IMG/VR virus record: IMGVR_UViG_3300011339_000101
Coordinates: 1-31,798 of that record
Strand: one strand, 5' to 3'
DNA length: 31,798 bases
Source of the DNA: a virus
Lineage: Duplodnaviria > Caudoviricetes
The position numbers and the translations under genes are program-made. Each line of letters opens with the position of its first letter. Position 1 is the stretch's first letter. Of this stretch, positions 26,299 through 31,798 are shown one piece after another. Under the pieces are notes generated by a model. The model saw only the letters and a program-made list of their open reading frames with translations, was not told the origin of the DNA and searched no databases.

Positions 26299-26481
26299 TT
26301 AAAAATTCTCTGTTAACTCTTGGTCGATTATTTGTGTTTGTTGGTCAAGGTCTAATTCCTTGAACTCAATGAAGTCTGCTTCTTGGCAGCAAACTATTCT
26401 GTTCCCCTTTATTGTCAGACAATAAGGACAGTATTTAATGTCAGAGAACTCTTCCACATAGGTTTGAAATAGTGATTTCAT
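26299..26481 (-). CDS. Small hypothetical protein (CPYC...CC)
   Basis: TAATG coupling to upstream gene. Confidence 0.7.
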   Translation of the reverse strand: MKSLFQTYVEEFSDIKYCPYCLTIKGNRIVCCQEADFIEFKELDLDQQTQIIDQELTENF

Positions 26482-26681
26482 TAGTGCAACCTATCGAAAG
26501 CCATTTCCCAAAGAACATCAGAGGCCAGGTCATTGAGTCTTTCCAACTCATCGTCTGTCAAAGGTGTTCCATCTTCGTAACATCCATTAGAGAAGTAGGC
26601 ATCTGAAAAATCTGGATAATCTCTTGGATCTACTCCATCTACCTCAAGGTCTACGACCTTTTTTCCATTAAGAATCGGCAT
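26481..26681 (-). CDS. Acidic hypothetical protein (DGVDPRDYPDFSDAY)
   Basis: AGGAG SD before ATG 26681. Confidence 0.75.
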   Translation of the reverse strand: MPILNGKKVVDLEVDGVDPRDYPDFSDAYFSNGCYEDGTPLTDDELERLNDLASDVLWEMAFDRLH

Positions 26682-26824
26682 ATTCACTCCTGTTAACTTG
26701 TTTATCAAAGTTGTCCGTTTTTGCAATTCGTCCCTGTTGATGAAAGAAGTAATCTTTCATGTTGAGAGCAAGTTTCGATGGCATTGCAACTTTTTAGCTC
26801 GATGGACTTCGTGCCTTGAGATTC

Positions 26825-26915
26825 CCAACACCTGTAATGTGCCACACCTTTTTAGCCTTTTACATAGGGGTTTTCCCTACTTTCGCATAGTTTTTTATCA
26901 TGCTAGTCTTACGCT
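26825..26915. promoter_or_regulatory. Divergent promoter/control region
   Basis: Strand switch; TAGGG-gtttt-CCCTA palindrome at 26865-26879; rightward TTCGCA-N16-TAGTCT with upstream TG. Confidence 0.6.
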
Positions 26916-27095
26916 ATGAACATCGAACAAATTGAACAAACTTGTGCCGAAACCTTGCTTGGGTACGCTCAAACAATGGCAGAGGCTTATACAACCGAAC
27001 CAGAGGACTTCTCAGCAAGTATTACTGCTTTGCTTGCAAGAACACTTGAATTACAAGTGAATCGTCCTATCAACCTTCAGAGACTCTACAAATGA
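26916..27095 (+). CDS. Small helical protein (59 aa), possibly leaderless; not in ORF track
   Basis: MNIEQIEQTCAETLLGYAQTMAEAYTTEPEDFSASITALLARTLELQVNRPINLQRLYK; ATGA overlap with next gene. Confidence 0.7.
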   Translation: MNIEQIEQTCAETLLGYAQTMAEAYTTEPEDFSASITALLARTLELQVNRPINLQRLYK

Positions 27096-27427
27096 CGCAA
27101 GCCACAATCATTGAGGCTCTACAGAATGGGCCACTTACCTCCGAGGAACTCTGTCGTTTGACAGGGATGCCAAAGTCTGCTGTTTTGTCTGCTGCAAAGA
27201 AACTCAGATATAAGGGTGAGCTAACGACAGAAGAGGTCAAAGTGGGACGTTACTGGGTGGCTAAGTACACATTGACAAAGCCTAAAGAGGATAAGACCAT
27301 CATTTGTGGAATCCAAACTTACGGAATCTTCAGTAAAGCTGAGTATGCGGTAATGAACGCACAAGCTAAGAGATTGTTTGGCAAACCAAAGCCTAAAAAA
27401 GAAATCACAAATAACCAATTTATTTGA
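27092..27427 (+). CDS. Winged HTH protein
   Basis: GPLTSEELCRLTGMPKSAVLSAAKKLRYKGEL. Confidence 0.78.
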   Translation: MTQATIIEALQNGPLTSEELCRLTGMPKSAVLSAAKKLRYKGELTTEEVKVGRYWVAKYTLTKPKEDKTIICGIQTYGIFSKAEYAVMNAQAKRLFGKPKPKKEITNNQFI

Positions 27428-27515
27428 TACAATGTTTTGAAACACGGCTAGGTCTGAAGTCATGAGCAGACCGAAAAGAGTTCCTCCCTCTCCTGCCGCA
27501 GTTTCTTTTAGGGAG
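27425..27515 (+). promoter_or_regulatory. Extended -10 (TGaTACAAT) followed by a candidate three-way-junction leader RNA upstream of the initiator gene
   Basis: GAAAC/GTTTC, CGGC/GCCG, GGTCTG/CAGACC and AGAG/CTCT pairings. Confidence 0.55.
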
Positions 27516-27531
27516 CTGTAAAAGGCGAGTT

Positions 27532-28248
27532 ATGTACTATTACTCTTTTAACATTGGTGACTATCAAAGTCACACTTCTCATCTTTCTGAGATCGAGGAT
27601 TTAGTCTACAGGCGTTTGCTTGATTGGTACTATCTCCATGAAATACCAATCCCATTAGAAATCGAAGAAACTGCAAGACAGATTCGTATGCGTTCGCATA
27701 CCGAAAGCATTGCAATCGTTCTGCAAGAGTATTTCGAGCGCACAGATAATGGATGGATTCATAACAGGGCTAACAAGGAAATAGCCAAGGCTGGTGACAA
27801 ATCAGAGAAGGCTAGTGCTAGTGCCAAAGCTAGATGGAATAAGCGTGATGCGAACGCATTGCAAACGCAATCCGAAAGCAATGCTACACATAACACATTA
27901 CCCAATACACATAACACAGAACACAAGACACAAAAGAAAGCAACTGTCGTTGCAACACCTGTCGGTGTTTCTGATTCTGTTTGGCAAGAATTTATTGCTC
28001 ATAGGAAATCTAAGAAAGCTCGTGTAACTCAATTGGTTCTTGATGGTATACAAGAGCAAGCAAGAATTGCTGGTTGGTCATTGGAAGACGCATTGAAAGA
28101 AACCATTGTCCGAAACTGGCAGTCATTCAAAGCTGATTGGGTTAAAGACGAAAACCTAAGCAAAACTGGTCAGATGAACCAACGGGTTATTTCTGGTTTA
28201 ACAAGAGGCTTAATCGGAGGTGGCAATGTCAAACTACTTGGAAACTGA
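27532..28248 (+). CDS. Replication initiator, YdaU/DUF1376-like
   Basis: YYSFNIGDYQSHTSHLS...YRRLLDWYY; KARW; C-terminal WQEFIAHRKSKK domain. Confidence 0.85.
   Translation: MYYYSFNIGDYQSHTSHLSEIEDLVYRRLLDWYYLHEIPIPLEIEETARQIRMRSHTESIAIVLQEYFERTDNGWIHNRANKEIAKAGDKSEKASASAKARWNKRDANALQTQSESNATHNTLPNTHNTEHKTQKKATVVATPVGVSDSVWQEFIAHRKSKKARVTQLVLDGIQEQARIAGWSLEDALKETIVRNWQSFKADWVKDENLSKTGQMNQRVISGLTRGLIGGGNVKLLGN
27688..27940. repeat. Putative replication origin iterons inside the initiator gene
   Basis: ATGCGTTCGCAT (27688-27699) is inverted at 27848-27859; 11-bp-period GC-AA-GCA units; TACACATAACACA twice, 21 bp apart; 7-bp ACACA periodicity. Confidence 0.65.
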
Positions 28249-28621
28249 TTTTTGTACGCAAGACCAAGGATTGGACTACATCTTTGCGAGAATGATGGCA
28301 ATCTTTGGCACACCATTTAATCGGCACTTTGATGGAATAGACCCAGACTTTGTTCGACAAGAATGGAAAAACCAACTAGGTCGCTTCCTGACCTACAGAC
28401 CAAGCATGGACTTTGCTATTGCCAAACTGGATGGAGAATTCATTCCGAGCGCCATCAAGTTCCGCAATTTGTGCAACCAAGGCCCACACATACCTATCAA
28501 AGAGGTTTTGCAGATTGAAAAACAATCTACCGAAGCTGAAAAACAAGCAGCACTAGAGGCTAAAGAGAAGGCTAAGAAGTGGCTTGAGCAACACAAATGG
28601 AAAACAAATGTCACACAATGA
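28226..28621 (+). CDS. Replication-associated protein (helicase-loader position)
   Basis: GGAGG SD; directly after the initiator; PSAIKFRNLC motif. Confidence 0.55.
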   Translation: MSNYLETDFCTQDQGLDYIFARMMAIFGTPFNRHFDGIDPDFVRQEWKNQLGRFLTYRPSMDFAIAKLDGEFIPSAIKFRNLCNQGPHIPIKEVLQIEKQSTEAEKQAALEAKEKAKKWLEQHKWKTNVTQ

Positions 28622-28730
28622 AGCCATGAAACTGTTAGACAAGGTAAAAGAGGGAGTCCCATACCCTCTACACCTGATAAACAAAGCATTGGAATTAACA
28701 GGCGACTTATGTATTCCAGACGAAACATAG
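28608..28730 (+). CDS. Tiny hypothetical protein (40 aa), not in ORF track
   Basis: MSHNEAMKLLDKVKEGVPYPLHLINKALELTGDLCIPDET; fills the gap with overlaps. Confidence 0.6.
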   Translation: MSHNEAMKLLDKVKEGVPYPLHLINKALELTGDLCIPDET

Positions 28731-28918
28731 AAAGCCCAAACGATAGACAAACCTTAGAGATCGCAGAGGCTAGGGAAATCTATCGCACTTGGGAGACAAA
28801 CAAAGACAGAGATTTTGTCCGTGGTCGGCTAGAGAGAGCAGAGCGAATCTATGGCGCAGGGGCAAGAGATCGCATACGCACTTACATGAACAGAATTAAG
28901 GATGGAACACTTCTATGA
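28709..28918 (+). CDS. Hypothetical Arg-rich helical protein
   Basis: ATGA overlap with rusA. Confidence 0.7.
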   Translation: MYSRRNIESPNDRQTLEIAEAREIYRTWETNKDRDFVRGRLERAERIYGAGARDRIRTYMNRIKDGTLL

Positions 28919-29343
28919 CATTCATGGTCACTTTTAAAGTAGACGCTAACCCTGTTGGCAAACAAAGAGCTAGGTATGTACGAAGGGGAAACCATATTTC
29001 CACCTACACCCCTGAGAAAACAAGAACCTATGAAGCCCTGATCAAAGAAGCCTCAAGGGAAGCAATGGGAAGTACAGAACCATTGGAAACCCCTGTAAGC
29101 CTGTATCTGTACATCAGAGTACCAATCCCTAAGTCATGCACCAAAAAACGCTTAGAAGCCATCCAAAACGGCTCAGAAAAGCCTATTCGTAAGCCAGATG
29201 GGTCAAATATTCTCAAGAGCGTGGAAGACGGCATGAACGGCGTGGTTTACAAGGACGACTCGCAGATTGTGAATATCCATCTTTCCAAGGTTTATTCAAC
29301 TGTGCCAGGCGTTGATATTTGCGTTAAGGAGTGTTTGGAATGA
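28915..29343 (+). CDS. rusA: RusA-family Holliday junction resolvase
   Basis: PVGKQRAR; KPDGSNILKSVEDGMNGVVYKDDSQIV. Confidence 0.92.
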   Translation: MTFMVTFKVDANPVGKQRARYVRRGNHISTYTPEKTRTYEALIKEASREAMGSTEPLETPVSLYLYIRVPIPKSCTKKRLEAIQNGSEKPIRKPDGSNILKSVEDGMNGVVYKDDSQIVNIHLSKVYSTVPGVDICVKECLE

Positions 29344-30182
29344 GCAACCCATTTGAAATTTTAGAGCCAACCTGTATCAGCTTCTCAGGAGGCAGAACAT
29401 CGGCATTCATGCTTTACAAGATTCTAGAGGCTCACCAGATGAGCCTACCGCCAGAGGCCATTGTCTGTTTTGCCAATACAGGGAAAGAATGTGAGGAAAC
29501 CCTAGAGTTCGTCCACGCCTGTGAAACCAATTGGAATGTCAAGATAAATTGGCTTGAGTACAAAGCCCATGAAATCCCAAAAGAGCGGTTCAAGGTGGTT
29601 AATTTTGAGACAGCAAGTCGCAATGGCGAACCTTTCTTTGACTCGATTAACCAAAATGGGAAGCCTTACCTTCCAAACCCTGTTGCCAGGATCTGCACAA
29701 TTAACATGAAGATTCGGGTTATTCACCACTTTTTGAAGTCTTTGGGTTGGCAACATAACGAAAACATGGATTGGGTTGGGATTAGGGCTGATGAGCAGAG
29801 AAGAGCAGCCAAGATTGACCGAAGCAGAACACCTTTAGTCGTGGCAGGAATTACAAAAGAAGATGTGGGAAGGTTCTGGAAAAACCATCCATTTGACCTA
29901 AAGTTACCAAATAACAACGGGGTAACAATGCATGGAAACTGTGATTTGTGCTTTTTAAAGCCTGCTCACCAGATTCAGTCCCTGATTCAAGAAAAGCCAG
30001 AGAGAGCGTTGTGGTGGATGGAGATGGAAGCTCACGCAAACAGTAGCAACAAAACCTATGGTGATGGAGCAAAGTTCCGCAAAGACCGCCCAAGTTATGC
30101 CCAAATGCATAAGTTTGCCTTGGCACAGACAGACATGTTTGACAAAAATGAAGAGGGAATTTCTTGTTTCTGCGGAGACTAG
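29340..30182 (+). CDS. PAPS-reductase-family (PP-loop) protein
   Basis: ISFSGGRTS, FANTGKE, RICT...K, GIRADE..R, GNCDLCFLK, terminal CFCGD. Confidence 0.85.
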   Translation: MSNPFEILEPTCISFSGGRTSAFMLYKILEAHQMSLPPEAIVCFANTGKECEETLEFVHACETNWNVKINWLEYKAHEIPKERFKVVNFETASRNGEPFFDSINQNGKPYLPNPVARICTINMKIRVIHHFLKSLGWQHNENMDWVGIRADEQRRAAKIDRSRTPLVVAGITKEDVGRFWKNHPFDLKLPNNNGVTMHGNCDLCFLKPAHQIQSLIQEKPERALWWMEMEAHANSSNKTYGDGAKFRKDRPSYAQMHKFALAQTDMFDKNEEGISCFCGD

Positions 30183-30222
30183 GGTAAGTCCCTATTCAAA
30201 ATCCTGTCAAACAGGAATAACA
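30180..30222. promoter_or_regulatory. TAGGG-taagt-CCCTA palindrome plus TCCTGT-caa-ACAGGA inverted repeat
   Basis: Intergenic; related to the motifs at 51, 101 and 26865. Confidence 0.5.
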
Positions 30223-30247
30223 TTTAATTTTTAACAGGAGTTACGAC

Positions 30248-30478
30248 ATGGAAAAAACTTGGGAATTTGACACAACCACAGGCGAAGGTAGCGAGATCGT
30301 CACAGTCGTCTATGAGTATGAGAACGATGGCGAAACCACCTATAACGAGTCAATCAAAGAGGTTTGGTTTGAGGGTCGCAATGTCATAGGCTTATTCTCT
30401 GACGAACACTTCAAAGAACTAGAGATGGAAGCCGCAATGCGTTTTCAACATCACAAGCTCAATTACAAGCACGAATGA
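30248..30478 (+). CDS. Acidic hypothetical protein
   Basis: AGGAG SD. Confidence 0.78.
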   Translation: MEKTWEFDTTTGEGSEIVTVVYEYENDGETTYNESIKEVWFEGRNVIGLFSDEHFKELEMEAAMRFQHHKLNYKHE

Positions 30479-30936
30479 GAAAGCGAACCAAGCGCAAGGT
30501 CTGGGCACTGATAGACCCAATTCAACATGGGATTATCGGTGCTTCTATCACCCACAGAGACAAATTGGACAAGCTAAGAATGATGGAATATTCAGCCCTA
30601 GAAGCAATGACCAAAGGACATGGAACAGTAACCGATTGGCGAACCTTAGTAGATGTCCTTAATCTTTCCGAAACGATGGCAAGGCACAATATCGGAAAAG
30701 ATGAAGTGATGCCTGTTTGCCAAAAAGCCCAAGATGCCCTACACCAAGCCGCCGAACGCTACATGAAAACTTTGAAGATGGGTTTGTCGGGTGAGGGAAT
30801 TCAGGCAGTTCGAGACCTCATAGCCTATGCAGACCTCCAGCAATCAAGCATACCAAGGGCAGATTTTGAGAAGTACATCCAAAAGACCAAAGACTACATC
30901 AGATCAAACGGCAACCTAGTGGTTGAAATAACATGA
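30475..30936 (+). CDS. Hypothetical helical protein with basic N-terminus
   Basis: ATGA overlaps on both sides. Confidence 0.78.
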   Translation: MRKRTKRKVWALIDPIQHGIIGASITHRDKLDKLRMMEYSALEAMTKGHGTVTDWRTLVDVLNLSETMARHNIGKDEVMPVCQKAQDALHQAAERYMKTLKMGLSGEGIQAVRDLIAYADLQQSSIPRADFEKYIQKTKDYIRSNGNLVVEIT

Positions 30937-31181
30937 ACAGAGAAAACATTATCAAACTGGCAAAAGAATCAGGGTTTTACATTAAAGACAATGAAATCTA
31001 CAGTATGTCAACCCAGTCAGACCATGAACTTACTGAATGGATTGAGCGCTTTGCTTTTCTAGTTGCTCAACAAGAGAGAGAGCAATGTGCAAAATTGTGT
31101 GATGAACTAGATAAAAAATTATGGGAAGACATGGGAGAGCCTATGAGTGGATATGGTGAGGCAATCAGGGAAATAACATGA
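30933..31181 (+). CDS. Hypothetical protein (ERFAFLVAQQEREQCAKLCD)
   Basis: ATGA overlaps; motif resembles small phage accessory proteins. Confidence 0.75.
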   Translation: MNRENIIKLAKESGFYIKDNEIYSMSTQSDHELTEWIERFAFLVAQQEREQCAKLCDELDKKLWEDMGEPMSGYGEAIREIT

Positions 31182-31342
31182 TTGAACAAAAGAAAGACGC
31201 ACCAGGCAACCCGCCCTATTGGGTATGCACTAACTGCAAATGGGCTTTTCAGGCTTTGCAAGAGGCCAACGAGCATGGTAGGAGATGCGGTAGAGATGAA
31301 GTAGCCCCAACATACCGACACTATGAAAGACACATTAAATGA
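31178..31342 (+). CDS. Small CCHC zinc-finger protein (54 aa), not in ORF track
   Basis: MIEQKKDAPGNPPYWVCTNCKWAFQALQEANEHGRRCGRDEVAPTYRHYERHIK; ATGA overlaps on both sides. Confidence 0.72.
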   Translation: MIEQKKDAPGNPPYWVCTNCKWAFQALQEANEHGRRCGRDEVAPTYRHYERHIK

Positions 31343-31725
31343 CAAATGAAGAGCTGCTAGATCACTTTGCAATTAACGCAATGAACGCTCAAATTGAGAA
31401 ATTTGGGATAACCAACCCGCACAGCCTATCCCAAACAGCATACCGAGTCGCTCAGGATATGCTAGAGAACAGAAATCGGATTATCGCTGAATGGAAAAGA
31501 GACGAAGAACAGAAAATAGAATATGAAACTTCTGATATTAAAGAATTAAATCTACCAATTAGATATTATCGTTGTTTAATATCTGAGAATATCTATACTA
31601 AAAAGAAACTATGCGAATGGCCTGAAAGAGATATTAAAAGAATCCCCAATCTAGGGCCAAGAGGATTGAAGTACTTAAAAGAAGCAATGGCGCAAGAGGG
31701 TTTAAAGTTTAAAGGCCAACCATGA
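31339..31725 (+). CDS. Protein with RNA polymerase alpha-subunit C-terminal-domain-like region
   Basis: IKELNLPIRYYRCLISENI...IPNLGPRGLKYLKEAMAQEGL parallels alpha-CTD L.L.VR..NCL..E.I...PNLG.KSL.EI...L...GL. Confidence 0.8.
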   Translation: MTNEELLDHFAINAMNAQIEKFGITNPHSLSQTAYRVAQDMLENRNRIIAEWKRDEEQKIEYETSDIKELNLPIRYYRCLISENIYTKKKLCEWPERDIKRIPNLGPRGLKYLKEAMAQEGLKFKGQP

Positions 31726-31798
31726 ACGAACCCACAAAAGCAATTCAATTTATTATTGATACAGCCCCTCTATATGCGAAGGCTAAATCTGATCGTAT
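31722..31798 (+). CDS. Hypothetical protein, truncated by window end
   Basis: MNEPTKAIQFIIDTAPLYAKAKSDR...; ATGA overlap. Confidence 0.6.
   Translation, partial: MNEPTKAIQFIIDTAPLYAKAKSDR

Noticed and set aside
26286-26691. 13-bp direct repeat CATATTCACTCCT at 26286 and 26679
   Set aside because: Both copies are SD-spacer-ATG; explainable by translation-initiation constraint, though a recombination joint is not excluded.
27454-27476. CTGAAG...GAAA resembling a hammerhead ribozyme core
   Set aside because: CUGANGA is not matched, and the CTG is paired within the GGTCTG/CAGACC helix, so the topology is wrong.
1-31798. Alternative genetic code, tRNA genes, integrase or att site
   Set aside because: Genes tile densely under the standard code using all three stops. 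No cloverleaf or recombinase motif was noticed; the genome is incomplete, so lifestyle remains undetermined.

Overview
Most of a tailed dsDNA phage genome with P22-like podovirus organisation; both ends are open. The + strand late arm (220-22701) runs terS, terL, portal, a collagen/beta-propeller fibre-like protein, scaffold, major capsid, decoration protein, a run of tiny basic proteins, tail adaptor/nozzle/fibre, three probable ejection proteins, an extended membrane/lipoprotein cassette, Rz with embedded Rz1, and a GH19 endolysin. A convergent - strand arm (22698-26681) holds small accessory genes, a Sak3-like recombinase, an SSB-like gene and two HNH endonucleases. A divergent + strand early arm (26916-end) holds HTH, YdaU/DUF1376-type initiator with internal iterons, RusA, a PAPS-reductase-family protein, a CCHC zinc-finger protein and an RNA polymerase alpha-CTD-like protein. 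I saw no integrase, CI-like repressor, DNA polymerase, tRNA or CRISPR. A beta/gammaproteobacterial host is inferred from the SOS-box type and spanins. The most notable signals are the alpha-CTD homologue, SOS boxes bracketed by a recurring AGGG-N4/5-CCCT palindrome, three candidate structured RNAs, HNH insertions with duplicated junctions and an RBS-adjacent hairpin, and translationally coupled 49-52 aa basic ORFs. All calls are from reading the sequence by eye; no searches were run.
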